DNA of 64,000 nucleotides from Mobula hypostoma (Eukaryota). The notes under the pieces are model-generated. The model had not been told where the DNA came from. It made no database searches and saw nothing but the letters and a program-made list of their open reading frames with translations. The stretch lies in assembly GCF_963921235.1 (NCBI RefSeq), contig NC_086100.1, positions 201,130,001 to 201,194,000 on the forward strand, given 5' to 3'. The translations under genes and the position numbers were made by a program. Shown piece by piece: positions 12,501-27,500 of the stretch (positions within the stretch are counted from its first letter, which is position 1; each line of letters starts with the position of its first letter).

Positions 12501-15500
12501 ATGATTCCAGGATTGAACGTCTTGTAATATGGAAAGCATTTGATGAGCTCTGGGCCTGTATTCACTAGAATTCAGAAGATTGAGGGGTGACCTCACTGAA
12601 ACCTATCGAATGGTGAAAGGCCGTCATGGAGTGGATGTGGAGAGGATGTTTCCTGTGGTGGGAGAGTGTAAGACCAGACAACACAGCCTCAAAACGGAGG
12701 GGTGTCTTTTTAGAATGGAGATGAGTGAATATGTGGAATCCTTTGCCACAGGCAGCTGTGGAGGCCAAGTCTTTAGATATTTTTGTGACAGAGGTTGATA
12801 GATTCTTGATTGGCCAGTGCATGAAGGGATACATAGAACATAGAAAACCTACAGAACAATACAGGCCCTTCAGCCACAAAGTTTCCGAACATGTCCCTAC
12901 CTTAGAAATTACTAGGCTTACCTATAGCACTCAATTTTACTAAGCTCCATGTACCTACCTAAATGTCTCTTAAAAGACCCTATCGAATCCGCCTCCACCA
13001 CCGTTGCCGCCAGCCCATTCCTATCAAATGAACCACTTCACACTTATCTGGGTTGAACTCCATCTGCCACTTCTCAGCCAGTTTTGCATCCTACCGATGT
13101 CCAGCTGTAACCTCTGACAGCCCTCCACACTATCCACAACACCTCCAACCTTTGTGTCATCAGCAAACTTACTGACCCATCCCTCCACTTCCTCATCCAG
13201 GTCATTTATAAAAATCACAAAGAGTAGGGGTCCCAGAACAGATCCCCCAGGCACTCCACTGGTGACCAGCCTCCATGCAGAATATGACCTGTCTACAACC
13301 ACTCTTTGCCTTCTGTGAGCAAGCCAGTTCTGGATCCACAAAGCAATGTCCCCTTGGATCCCATGCCTCCTTACTTTCTCAATAAGCCTGGCATGGGGTA
13401 CCTTATCAAATGCCTTGCTGAAATCTATATACACTACATCTACTGCTCTTCCTTCATCAATGTGTTAGTCACATCCTCAAAAATTTCAATCAGGCTCGTA
13501 AGGCACGACCTGCCCTTGACAAAGCCATGCTGACTATTCCTAATCATATTATACCTATCCAAATGATACGTAGAGGAGGCAGGAGATTGGGGTTGAGAGG
13601 AAAATTGGATTGGCCATGATGAAATGGTGGAGCAGACTCAGTGGGCCAAATTGCCTAATTCTGCTCCAGTACCTCACGGTTTACTCTGAGGAACATGGAT
13701 CCATTAACTCTTTCAACCTCAACGCCATTGTGGTAAATAGGAATGTGCACCGATCCCCTTTCTGAAGGCAATGATTAGCTCCCTTGCTGACATTGGGGGA
13801 AATGTTGTCGTGACACCAAGTCACCGAACTCTCTTTCTCCTTCCTGCACTCTGACCCATCGTTATTTGAGATTTGACCCACAATGGTGGTATCATCTGAA
13901 AACTTGCAGCTGGGGTCAGAGCGGAGTCTGCGCATGCAGCATCAGTGTACTGCGAGTAGAATAGAGGGCAGCGGATGGCACTTTCTGATTGGCCTCATGG
14001 ATGCCCGGGTTTGACCCCATCCCATTGTAGGCGTTTCTGAACTAAAGCTAATGACACGGACACTGTGATACACTAACATCCTCTTTTCTGTTCACAGGCA
14101 TGCTTGGATGGGAAGTGCCAGAATGTGGCAGTGTTTGACGTGGAAGGCTGTGACAGCACCTGTAACAACAGGGGGGTATGATATCACTCTTACTTCCTCT
14201 CTTGTACCGTCACCTTTGTAAGCATTGCCCTGTGCACCAGCATTTCAGAAGGGATTTGAAAGATTGTGACAGAGAATTACTGGGGATAAAGGGTGGCTAT
14301 AGACAGATGGCAGCTGTTAGTAGAGAAGGCAAAGGGAGATTGGACAGAGGTGTTGAAGGTGCTGAAGGATTTTGTTGGTTGGTAAGGTTAAACCATTACC
14401 AGCGGTTGTAAGACCAGTAACCAATCTGTTGGGATTGTTTCTTGTATCCAATCTTTCCACTACAGCCTCCTCAACATCCATGACACCCAACATAGATTGG
14501 TGGACTGGCTTACTTCATTCGCCACGAGAGGCAGGATTTCCCGGTGGCCACCCTACTTCCCAATCTCATTCCGAAATGTCAGTCCACATTTTCGACTGCA
14601 AGTCGACTGAGTAGTGGAAAGTTGCTTTCAATACGTCACACAATGAGTGTGGGGTGACAAGATATTGAGCAAAATCTGGCTAGTGGGCCGTTTGAGTCTG
14701 CTCAGCCATTTCATCATGGCTGGTCCATTTCACTTCTGGCCGCCAGTCTCCTGCCCTCTCCCTGTATCCCTTCATTCACTGACTAATTAAGATTCTATCA
14801 AACTCTGCCTTAAATATACCTAATAACTTGGCCTCCACAGCTGCCTGTGGCAAGGAATTCCACAGATTCACCACTCTCTGGCTAAAGAAATCCCTCCTCA
14901 TCTCCGTTCTGAAAGAACCATCCTCCATTCTGAGGCTGTGTCCTCTGGTCCGAGACTCTCCCAACATAGGAAACAACCTCTCCACATCCTCTCTGCCAAG
15001 GCCTTTCAACATTCTATAGGTTTCCATGACATCCCCCTCCTCAGTCTTCTCATTTCCAGTGAGTACAGGGCCAGAGCCATCAAAAACTCTTCATGTGATG
15101 AGCCTTTTTAATCACAGAATCATTCTTGTGAATCTCCTTTGAACCCTCTCCAACGTCAGCACATCCTTTCTCAGATAAGGGGCCCAAAAATGCTCACAAC
15201 ACTCTTAAATGAGGCATCTCTAGTGCCTTATAACTTTTCAAATGTGCATCCTTGCTTTTATATTCTAGTCCTCTTGAAATAAATGCTAACATTGCATTTG
15301 ACTTCCTCACCACAGACGCAACCTGCAAAGTAGCCTTTAGGGAATCCTGCACAAGGATTCCCAAGTCGTTTTGCACCTCAGATTTTTGATTTTCTCTCCA
15401 TTTAGAAAATAGTCTATACTTTTACTTTTTCTACCCAAGTAGATGGCCATACACTTTCCCACACCATATTCCATCTGCTATTTCTTTACCAATTCTCCTA

Positions 15501-18500
15501 AGTCCTTCTGTAGCCACTGTGCCTCCACAACACTACCACCCCCTCCACCCATCTTCACATCCTCCACAGCTTGGCCACTAAGCCATCAATTCCATCATCC
15601 AAATCATTGACATACTGTACATCGCCTATAAAAAGTATTCACCACCCCCCCCCCGGAAGTTTTCACGTGTTATTGTTTTACAACTTCAAATCACAGTGGA
15701 TTTAATTTGGCTTTTTTGACACGAATCAACAGAAAAGACTCTTTCCTGTCAAAGTGAAAACAAATTTCTATAAATTGGTCTAAATTTATTACAATTATTT
15801 AGCACAAAATAATTGATTGCATAATTACTCACCCCTTCAAATCAGTACATAGTAGATGCACCTTTGGCAGCAATTACAGCCTTGAGTCTGTGTGGATAGG
15901 TCTCTATCAGCTTTGCACATCAGTTAATAACTCATCAGGGGTGATTGATACGTTCGTGGCCTGAGGTAGAAGGAGAAGAATTATTAACTTCAAACTTTCT
16001 GCATACTCACTCAAAGAGTTAAACTGCATGCCCATGTAACGAGAGTTGTATACTTCATCTCCTTCTACCTTAGGCCACAAACTTATCAATCACCCCTCGT
16101 AAATTCACTATGATTCAATGTTTTATAACAATAAAATGTGAAACTTCCAAGGAGGGGTGTGAATACTTTTTATAGGCACTATATAAGATAAAAAGAATCG
16201 GTCCCAACACAGACCCCTGTGGAACACCACTAGTCAGCAGCAGCCAATCAGAAAAAGCCCCCTTTTTACCCACTCTTTGCCTCCTGCCAATCAGCTAATA
16301 CTCTATCCATGCTGTATCTTTCCTGGAATACCACGGGCTCTTGTTAAGCAACCCCACGTGCAGCACTTGTCAAAAAGGCCTTCTGAAAATCCAAGTCCAC
16401 AACATGCACTGACTCTCCTCTGTCTGTTCTCCCTCTTATTACTTCAAAGGATTCCAAAGATTTATCAGGCAAGAATTTCCCTTAAGGGAAACATGCTCAC
16501 ATCCTTAACAATTGATTCCAACATCTTCCCAACTATTGAGGTCAGACTTACTGGCCTAAAAGTTCCTTTCTTCTGCCTCTCTCCCTCGTTGAAGAGTGAA
16601 GTGCCATTTGCAAGAAGTAGTGGCAAGGAGGGGTTGTGTCCCTACCAAAGGAGGTGTAAGGTGGTGCTTCCCTGCAGGTCACCCTCGGGAAAGGTACAAC
16701 AACTGCTGAGCCCTCCCCCCCCGTCCCCCCGTCCCCCCGATCAGGGTCACGTGAGGCCGTGTGAGCAGCTGGTGCAAATCACAAGACCTGGCTATGCGAC
16801 CACTGATGACAGGCTGACAATATCTGAAGAGTGTTGATAATGGCTAGGGTCACCCATCTGGTAAGGACAATGCCTGAGAAGAATGCAATGGCAAATCACT
16901 TCTGCAAAAAAAAATTGCCAAGAACAATCCTGGTCGTGGATAGAGAAAGAGCTTATTCACAGATTAGAGACGGCTGGTCACCCACATCGTACGAGATGGC
17001 ACATAATAATGATGATGAAGCAATAAATTGGATTGGTCATGGGCTGAGCGGAAGCCAGACTGGTGGTGGATGGTTGCCTCTCTGACCGGATGCCCGTGTG
17101 TAGTGGTGTGCTGCAGGGACCGGAGCTGGGCCTATTGCTGTTTATCCTCTATATTAATAACGTAGATGATCATATGGAAAACTGGATAACAAATTTGCGG
17201 ATGACACCAAGATTGGGGGTTTAGTGGACAGCGAAGAAGGCAATCAATGCTTTCAGCAGGATCTTGACCAGTTAAAAAATGGCAGACTGAATTTAATGCA
17301 GACAAGTGCGAGGTGGTGCACTTTGGGATGAAGGATTTGCATGCTGAGTGGTAAGCCATTGAGGAATGAGGTAGAACAGATGGATTTGGGAATACAGATT
17401 CATAATTCCTTGAAGGTGGCATCACAGGTAGATAGGGTACTAAACAGAGAGTGGATCAAAATAGGGGAAGGAGCTTGGCATTCAGTCAATGAGACAGTTC
17501 AGGCATTCAGTGAGGCGTCTGGTCTGCGCCTCTTCAGGCCTGGGCAGGGAAGCCCTGTGGTACTGGGCCTGTAATCCTGGCCATGAACTGTCCAGTGGTT
17601 TGCTCCCAGCCCTCAGTTACTCGCTTGAAAGTCTTATCATATGAGGAGCATTTGAGAGCTCTGGGCCTGTACTCACTGGAATTTAGAAGAATGAAGGGGA
17701 ATGTCATTGAAACCAATTCAATGTTGAAGGCTTACATAGAGTGGATGTGGAGAGAATGTTTCCTACAGTGGGGAAGTCTAAAACCAGGGGCACAGCCTCA
17801 GGTTAGAGGAACATCCAGTTAGAACAAAGATGAGGAGGAATTTTCTTTACCCAGAGGGTGGTGAATCTGTGGAATTAATTGCCACAGAGGGCTGTGGAGG
17901 CCAAGCCATTGTGTGTATTGAAGGTGGAGGTTGATATAGTTGAAAAATCAGGGTGTGAGAGGTTATGGGGAAAGGGCAGGAGAATGGGACTGAGAAGAAA
18001 ATGGATCAGCCATGATCAAATGGCAGAACAGACTGGATGGGCTGAATGGCCTATTCTGCTCCAGTGCCTTTTGCTCTTAAAAATGTGCCCTCAATTTTCT
18101 GTCAGAAACATGGAGAATAATCTAGAGTACAGGCTACTCCCGTGTTACAGAGTGCCATGGTCCTGCAAAATGGCCCATATTGCATTTTTCGATACTGCAA
18201 ATCCATGTCTTCTGTGTTGTTTTCGTCAAAAAATGCAAGGATAAAAAAAACTAAATATTGTATTGATTTGAGTACATTCTCTGACATAAGCTCCATCAAA
18301 GTGAGTTCTGTTGCTCACATTTCTGGTTAGTAGTTTGTGAATTCTACATGCAATACTCCAAATTAGGCCTCACCGTGTTATGCAGTTTCAACATAACATC
18401 CCAACTCCTGTACTCAATACATAGATTTATGAAGGCTGATGTGCCACAAATTTCTTTACGACCCTCTTTACCTGTGACACCACTTTCGATGAATTATGGA

Positions 18501-21500
18501 CCAGTATTCTTGGATCCCTTTGTTCTACCACACTCCTCAGTGCCCTAACACCCATCGTATGTGACCCTACCCTGGTTTGTCCACACCCCACACTTAAATT
18601 CCATCTGCTATTTCTCAGCCCTTTTCTCCAGCTGGTCCAGATACCGCTGCAAGCTTTGATTGTCTTCCTCGCTGTCCACTAGACTCCCAATCTTGGTGAC
18701 ATCCACAAATTTGCTGATCCACTTAACCACATTATCACCCAGATCACTGATATAGATGACAAAGAAGGAAGGACTCTGTACTGATCCCTGCGGCACTCCA
18801 CTGGTCACAGGCCCCCAGTCAGAGAGACAACCCTCTAGTACCACTCTCTGGCTTCTCCCACAGAGCCAACGTCTAATCCAGTTTCCTACTTCATCCTGAA
18901 TGCCGAGCGACTGAACCTGTGTAATCCTTTGGTGTGTTTTGTTTCAGATTTGTAACAATAACAACAACTGTTTCTGTGACGATGGCTGGGCGCCGCCTTA
19001 TTGCAACTCCAGTGGGGTAGGAGGTAGTGTTGACAGTGGGCCTGTGAAAGATGTACAAAAAGGTATAAAACAAACGTGTGGCAGAGATGGAAAGGAATAT
19101 GATCCATTTACATTCACAAGGACAGCGGCAGAAATGTCCTTGTGCCCTGAGCGATGATTATTTCTGCACTCTGTGGTGGTCTTTGTGTGGCTCACCACCA
19201 TCAGCTCTCCACTGGGGAGAGACTGGCAACCAGTCATATAGTGTGGGAACATTCAACCCACCCCATCCATGCCAACCATTCTGACGTAAGCCCATCCTCT
19301 TTCCTTTGGCCCATATCCCTCTAAATGATATCACAGTGAGATAAAGGAGCAGAATTAGGCCATTCGGCCCATTGAGTCTGCTCCACCATTCCATCATGGC
19401 TGATCTATGTTTCCTCTCAACCCCATTCTCATGCCTTCACCCAGTGATCTTTCACACCTTGGTTAATCAAGAACCTATCAACCTCAACGACCTGTCATCC
19501 ACAGCCATCTGTGGCAATGAATCCCACAGATTCATTATCCCCTGGCTAAAGAAATCCCTCCTCCTCTCTGTTCTAAATGGACATCCCTCCGTTTTGAGGC
19601 CGTGTCCTTTGGTCCTAAACTCTCCCATTGCAGGAAACATCCTCTCCACATTTTAAGCCTTTCAATATTGGATAGGTTTCAATAAGTTCCGGTGAGCATA
19701 GGGCCTGAACCATCAAACATCCCACCTACGTTAACTCTTTTATTCCCAGAATCATTCTCAAGAACCTCCTCTAGACCGTCTCTAATGTCAGCACTTCCTT
19801 TCTTAGATAAGGACCAAAACTACTCTCAGTAATCCAAGTGCGGTCTCACCAGTGCTTACATTCTCAATGTTATAAACTTGCTTTTATATTCTAGTCCTTT
19901 TATGTACTTTCATGTACACAAAATCACATGTCTACTCTAACTATAGAATCTCCTATCACCACACAGTCCTCTTCTCCCCCCCTGGACAGTGCTGGAGACC
20001 CGGACACTGTGGGGCCCCCCTGGTAGGTTGTCCCAATCAACAGTATTCAAAGCAGTATACTTATTATTGAGAGGAATGGCCACAGGTGTAGTCTGCACTG
20101 GCTACCTATTCCCTATTGCTCTCCTGACAGTGATACAGGTACTTAACCTTCTGCAACTTAAGAATGACTTCCTCCCTGTAGTTTCTATCCATCACCTCCT
20201 CCTTCTCCCAGGGGATTAGAGGTTCTGAGGAACGAACAGTGGCCCCTTCATTTACCTGGAATGTTTGTCCATCAGTTTTCACAGCTGAACCAGATCAGGT
20301 GTCAGAGACAGCTGCAAGATCCACCACCGAGCTTCACCAAAAGGACAACGGGTCTCCAGGTAGGAAAGGTTTCTGCAAAACCCCTCAACCCCTCAACCCC
20401 TCAACAACACAATTGATAGTTTTACCGTGAGATGCATGTGAAATGATGGCTGTGCTTGGCTCGCTGCTACTCACAGATAACAGAGCGTTAAGCAGCCGTG
20501 GGGTTTGTGTGGAGACAGTGGAAGTGGGAAGGGATGTGCTGTAAAAAAAACTTACCCCGACATCTCCTCTGTACCTACTCCCCAGCACCTTAAAACTGTG
20601 CCCTCTCATGCTAGCCATTTCAGCCCTTGGAAAAAGCCTCTGACTATCCACACGATCAATGCCTCTCATTATCTTGTACACCTCTATCAGGTCACCTCTT
20701 ATCCTCAGTCGCTCCAGGGGGAAAAGTCTGAGTTCACTCAACCTATTTTCATGAGGCATACTCCCCAATCCAGGCAACATCCTTGTAAATCTCCTCTGCA
20801 CCCTTTCTATGGTTTCCACATCCTTCCTGTGGTGAGGCGACCAGAAAAGAGAACAGTACTCCAAGTGGAGTCTGACCAGGGTCCTATATAGCTGCTGATT
20901 TGATGCCTTTCTTTACCAATAGAGCCACACCACCCCCTCTGTCTACTTTCCTTTCCCTCTGATATAACGTGTAACCTTGGACATTCAGCTCCCAACTACA
21001 ACCATCCTTCAGCCACGATTCAGTGATGGTCACGACATGATACCTGACAATCTGTAATAGTCCTGAGTAGCCACTTTCGAGGAACTATGAACTTGGACCC
21101 TGAGATCTGACTGCTCAGTGACCCCATTCAGGACCTTGCCCTTAACAGTGTACTGTCCCCTTGCTTTGCATTACCACGGCATAAAACCTCAAATTTACCT
21201 GGGTGAAACTCCATCTGCCATTTCTCAGCCCATATCCGCAAGTAATCTATATCATGCTATATTCTTTGCCAGTCTTCTACACTGTCCACAGCTCCACTGA
21301 TCTTGGTGTCATCCACAAACTTACTAACCCTCCCATCTACATTTTCATCCAGGTCATTTATATACATCACAAACAGCAGACGTCCCAGCACAAATCCCTG
21401 TACAACACCACAATAACAGACCTCCAGTTTCATATCCCCTCCCAGTCCCTTCACTCCCTTGTCACTCTGACCTCCCCTCTCCTCTCTGCTTCCCCAAAAC

Positions 21501-24500
21501 CTCCCAGTCCCCTCACTTCCTCGTCACTCTGACCTCCCCTCTCCTCTCTGCTTCCCCAAAACCTCCCACTCTCCTCAATCCCTCGTCATTCTGACCTCCC
21601 CTCTCCTCTCTGCTTCCCCAAAACCTCCCAGTCCCCTCAATCCCTCATCACTCTGACCTCCCCCTCCTCTCTCGTTCCACAACGCCTCCCAGTCCCCTCA
21701 CTCCCTCATCACTCTGACCTCCTCTCTCATTTCCCAACACCTCCCAGTCCCCTCACTCCCTCATTACTCTTAACTCCCCCTCCTCTCTGCTTTCCCAATA
21801 CCTCCCACTCTCTTCAATCTCTCGTCACTCTGACCTCCCCTCTCCTCTCTCGTTCCCCAAAATCTCAGTCCCCTCAATCCCTCTTCACTCTGACCTCCCC
21901 TCTCCTCTCTGCTTCCCCAAAACCTCCCAGTCCCCTCACTCCCTCATCACTCTGACCTCCCCTCTCCTCTCTCGTTCCCCAACACCTCCCAGTCCCCTCA
22001 CTCCCTAGTCACTCTGACCTCCCCTCTCCTCTCTCATTCCCCAACACCTCCTGCTCTCCTCAATCTCTCGTCACTCTGACCTCCCCTCTCCTCTCTGGTT
22101 CCCCAACACCTCTCACTCCCCTCACTCCCTCATCACTCTGACCTCCCCTCTCCTCTCTGCTTCCCCAAAACCTCCCCCTCGCTCCCTCATCACTCTGACC
22201 TCCCCTCTCCTCTCTCGTTCCCCAACACCTCCCAGTCCCCTCACTCCCTCAACACTCTGACCTCTCTGCTTCCCCAACACCTCCCAGTCCACTCACTCCC
22301 TCGTCACTCTGACCTCCCCCTCCTCTCTCGTTCCCCAAAATCTCAGTCCCCTCACTCCCTCGTCACTCTGACCTCCCCTCTCCTCTCTCATTACCCAAAA
22401 TCTCCCAGTCCCCTCACTCCCTCATCACTCTCACCTCCCCTTTCCTCTCTGCTTCCCCAAAATCTCCCAGTCTCCTCACTCCCTTGTCATTCTGACCTCC
22501 CCTCTCCTCTCTCGTTACTCAAAATCTCCCAGTCCCCTCACTCTCTCATCACTCTGACCTCCCCTCTCCTCTTTGCTTCCCCAATTTCAACATGCCCAAA
22601 GTGACATCTCTCCTCTACGTCACTCTGTTGCAGATTGTTGAGTGTTCTGGCCACAACAGCCTTTAACCTGATCTTTTGATCCCTACTAGAATGGCCTTCT
22701 CAACCCAACTCCTCCTCCCCAGTCCTTGCTGCACAAATTTGATCTTAGATCTACAAATTATGGAATGCCTGTTTGGGACTGCCTCTTTTTTCATTATATG
22801 TCAATGATTTGGATGACAGCTTCGATGGCTTTGTGGCCAGGTTTATGGACGGCAGATGGAATGCAGTGTTGGGAAGGAAATGGTCATGCACTTTGGTAGA
22901 AGCAATAAAAGCATAGACTATTTCCAAAATGGGGAGAAAATTTAAAATCCAAGGTGCAAAGGGATTTGGGTGTCCTCATACAGGATTCCCTAAAGGTTAA
23001 CTTGCAAGTTGAATTGGTGGTGAGGAAGGCAAATGCAGTGTTGGCATTCTTTTTGAGAACTGGAGTATAAAAGCAAGGATGTATTGTTGAGACTTTATAA
23101 AGCACTGGCGAGACTGCACTTGAAGTTTTGTGAGCAGTTTTGTGCCCCTTATCTAAGAATGGTTGTGCTGACACTGGAGAGGGTCCAGACAAGGTTCATG
23201 AGAATGATTCTGGGTTTATCATATGAGGAGCGATCGGAAGCTGTGGGCCTTTACTCTCCGGGATTTAGAAGAATAAAGGGATTTCATTGAAACCTATTGA
23301 ATATTGAAAGGCCTTGATAGAGTGGATGTGGATAGGATGTTTTCAACAGTGGAGTCTAGGATCAAAGGGCACAGCTTCACAATAGAAGGATGTCCATTTA
23401 GAATGGAGATGAAGAGGAATTTCTTTAGCCAGAGGGAGATGAAGCTGTGGAGTTTTTGGCACAGGTGGCTCTGGAGGCCAGGTCACTGGGTGTATTTAAG
23501 CCGGAGGTTGATAGGTTCTTGATTAGTCACAGCAAAAAAGATTGTGGAGCGAATGCTGGAAAATGGGGTTTAGAGGGAAAAATTGATCAACCATTGTGAA
23601 ATGGAGGATAGACTTACTGGGCTAAATTGGCCTCATTCTGCTCCTATCTCTTATGGTCTTCGTGGGCCTTTGGACTTGCACACCAAGGTGCCTCCATTCA
23701 TCAGTACTCTCGGGGACCCTGTCTTTCATGGTGCCATTGATACCTGAGAATGCATCATGTCAGACAGGATTCAACGCCACCTGCTCTCTCAGCACACCAC
23801 CAACACACTGAGGCCTCTGCCCTCCATGTTGTCAACAGCTCTACCTTGCGGTACCCCATGCCCACAGGCCCACGGCCACCCAAACCTGCCCCTGACTCTT
23901 CCCATATGTGTTGGACATGATCCTGTTTTGTCTGGTGGTCCCACCTCTCTCCATCTCTCTCCACTCTGTAGCTAAGTTCCAGACGTCCACAGTGCTCCCT
24001 GCTGTGTTGGTGCCGCTCATGATGCTAATCGCCATCGGTTTCGCCATCGTGTGCATTCTGAAGAAGAAGGTGACGATATTCAAGCGCACCAGTGCGACAG
24101 CTCCCTCTCATCCAGCGGGAGCAACGAGGTACGAAGCTCACGGGCTGGAACTGTCGGGTCGTGAGCAGAGTGGGCATGTGGGCAGCATTCTGGCTCGGGT
24201 GGGGCTGGGACTTGGATAGATGGGGTGCAGGAGGGAGCAGGACCTGGGGTGAGACAGGAGGGTCGAGACCAGGCGTGGGACAGGAGGGATAGGAACAGGG
24301 ATTTAGGGGCCGGGAGAGTTGTGGAGAACAGAGACTGAGAGGGTTGGCATCGGGACCTGGGGGTCCCAGGTACAGGACCAAGGGCAGGGGAACAAAACCA
24401 GATCTGCAGAAAGGCCAATGCAAAGACTAGGGAAGGGGCGGGGGGGATTGGAGCAGGGTTTGCTTCATTGGGAAATGGAGTATGATTTTATTTCATTCGA

Positions 24501-27500
24501 TAAGAACATGATTGGTCCAACCTTGTGGTGTCCACCTTGAAATCGTCCTGTCACTCTGCCTCCACACATCTCCAGGGAGGAGAGTATTCACCTCAGAGAA
24601 ATTTCTCATCTTGCTCTGATGGGTGAATCGTCCTTCTGAAACTGTCCTACCCAACTGGGAGAAACATCCTCTCAGCAATACTCCTCTCCACCCCTGTCAG
24701 TCTGTCAGGATCTAAAGTTTCAGTGAAGTCAGCTTACATTTTCCTAAACTTCAGCAAGACTATCAGAGCTTGCAGTAGGTTCTGGACCAGCTGGAAAAAT
24801 GGGCTGACAAATGGCAGGTGGAATTTAATGCAGACAAGTGTGAGGTGTTACACTTTGGGAGGACCAACCAGGGGAGGTCTTACAGTGGGTTACTGAGGAG
24901 TACAGTAGAGCAGAGGGATCTGTAAATACAGGTCCATAATTCCTTGAAGGTGGCGAAATAGGTAGATAGGGTCATAAAGAAAGCCTTTGGTACATTGACC
25001 TTCATAGATCAGTGTATTGAGTACAGGAGATGGGACGTTATTTTGAAAATGTATGAGATGTTGGTGAAGTCTAATCTGGAGTATTGTGTGCTGTTTTGGT
25101 CAACTACCTATAGGAAAGATGTAAATAAGATTGAAAGAGTGCAGAGAAAATTTACAGGGTCATTGCCAGGACTTGAGAACCTGAGTCATGGGGAAAGGTT
25201 ACAAACATAGAAACATAAAAAACGTACAGCACAATACAGGCCTTTCAGCCCACAAAGTTGTGCCGAACATGTCCTTACCTTAGAAAAATAGAGGCCTATG
25301 GGTAAGACTAGGTAATTCCTAAGCTCCATGTACCTGTCCAGGAGTCTCTGCAAAGACCTTATCGTATCCGCCTCCACCACTGTTGCCGGCAGCCCATTCC
25401 ATGAACTGACCACTCTCTGCATTTAATAATAAAAAAAAAACTTACCTCTGACATCTCCTCTGTATCTACATCCAAGCACCTTAAACTGTGCCCTCTTGTG
25501 CTAGCCATTTCAGCCCTGGGGAAAAGCCTCTGACTATCCACACGATCAATGCCCCTAACGGGTTTGGACTTTATTCCCTGGAGTGTTGGAGAATGAGGGG
25601 AGATTTGATAGGTATACAAAATTATGAGGGGTATAGTGAGGATAAAGGTAAGCAGGCTTTTTGCACTAAGGTCGGATGAGAGTAGAATTAGAGATTATGG
25701 GTTAAGGGTGAAAGGTGAAGTATTTGAGAGGAAGCTGAGGAGGGATTTCTCCACTCAGAGTGGTGACAGCGGGGAATGAGCTGCCATCACAAGTGGTGGA
25801 TGCTGGTTTCAATATTTAAGAGAAATTTGGATATGTACATGGATGGGGGCATATAGAGGGCTATGGTCCAGGTGCAGGTCGATAGGATGAGGCAAATTAA
25901 TGGTTTAGCACAGACTAGATGGGCCAAAGGGCCGGCTTCTGTGCTGTAGTGTCCAAACTCTATGAACATTGGCTTGTTCATCTATCTTCCCAGAAGCAGG
26001 AACATCCCTGTGACCCTTCTCCACTGACTCCAGGTACACCCATCTTTAACCAGAGACCAAAACTGTGTTGGCATGTGGCCAAGTGGTTAAGGCGTCGGTC
26101 TAGTGATCTGAAGGTTGTGAGTTCGAGCCTCAGTTGAGGCAGCGTGTTGTGTCCTTGAGCAAGGCACTTAACCACACATTGCCCTGCGATGACACCGGTG
26201 CCAAGCTGTATCGGCCCTAATGCCTTGGACAACATCAGTGGCGTGGAGAGGGGAGACTTGCAGCATGGGCAACTGCTGGTCTTCCATACAACCTTGCCCA
26301 GGCCTGCACCCTGGAAACCTTCCAAGGCGCAAATCCATGGTCTCACGAGACTAACGGATGCCTATAAAACTGTCCACACTACGTACTCCAGGTGTGGTTT
26401 CAGCACTGCTACAGAGCTGTCCAATTTGTTCTCCTCTGCCCCCTGTATCAGAGGCCCATGTTCCGCTCCCCATCCTCGTTACCTGCTGAACACTAGAACT
26501 TCAGGTCCTTTGCGTCACAACCTTTGTAGCCTTACGGTGTTCAAATAATAATTTCCTTTTCATCCTCCTTTTCCATGTTATCTCCATATCCTGTCCTTAT
26601 CAAGCATCTTGACCATAAGACTTAAGAGCAGAATTAGGCCATTCGACCCATCGAGTCTGCTCCACCATTCCATCATGGCTGATTTATCGACTCTATCTTC
26701 CCCATCCCTCTGCCTTCTCCCAGTAAGCTTTGACACCCTGACTAATCAAGAATCTATCAACTTCGGCTTTAAATGTACTCAATGACTTGGCCTCCACAGC
26801 CGTCTGTAGCAATGCATTCACAGATTCACTACCCTTTATTCTGAGGCTGTGCCCTCGAGTCCTAGATTCTCCCACCGTTGGAAACATCCTCTCCATGTCC
26901 ACTCTATCTAGGCCTTTTAATATTCAATAGGTTTTAATGAGATCTCCCCTCATTCTTCCAAAATCCAGTGAGTTCCGTTCCAGAGCCAGTGACACTCCCC
27001 ATACATTTCTTGACCTGAAATTTTGACTGTCCATTTCCTTCCATAGATGCTGCCTGAGCCTCAGAGTTCCTGCATTGCCTTGTTTGATGTCCAGTCACAC
27101 CACCTTGTTGACTGATTTTTAAAGCAACAAATGCCCAATCCTGTTCGATAAGGACTGTCTACAGCACTACCTTGTAAATCCTCATACCAGCCTCACCCCT
27201 AGTCACCACCCTCTTTTCCCTCGCCGATCACTAATTCTACATAACCCCAGGGTCTGCCTGCTCCCTGCAGTCAACTCTCTCGCCCTCATGAATCGCAGTG
27301 TCCATTGTACTTCATTCTATTTACCAAATATTGAAACTCCTAGATAGAGTGGATGTGGAGAGGATGTTTCCTATAGTGGGGAATTCTTGAACCAGAGGAC
27401 ACAGCCTCAGAGTAGAACAGAGGTAAGGAGGAATTTCTTAAACAACAGGGTGGTCAATCTGTGGATTTCATTGCTTCTGTGGAGGTCAAGTCATTGGGTA

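Larger units (their letters stand above)
14660..16612 (-). mobile_element. CR1 LINE interrupted by a Tc1-type element
   Basis: CR1 ORF2 motifs on both sides of 15620-16181. Confidence 0.88.

Noticed and set aside
26068..26145. tRNA gene
   Set aside because: A/B boxes continue into a SINE body with a TSD; no proper acceptor stem or T-run terminator
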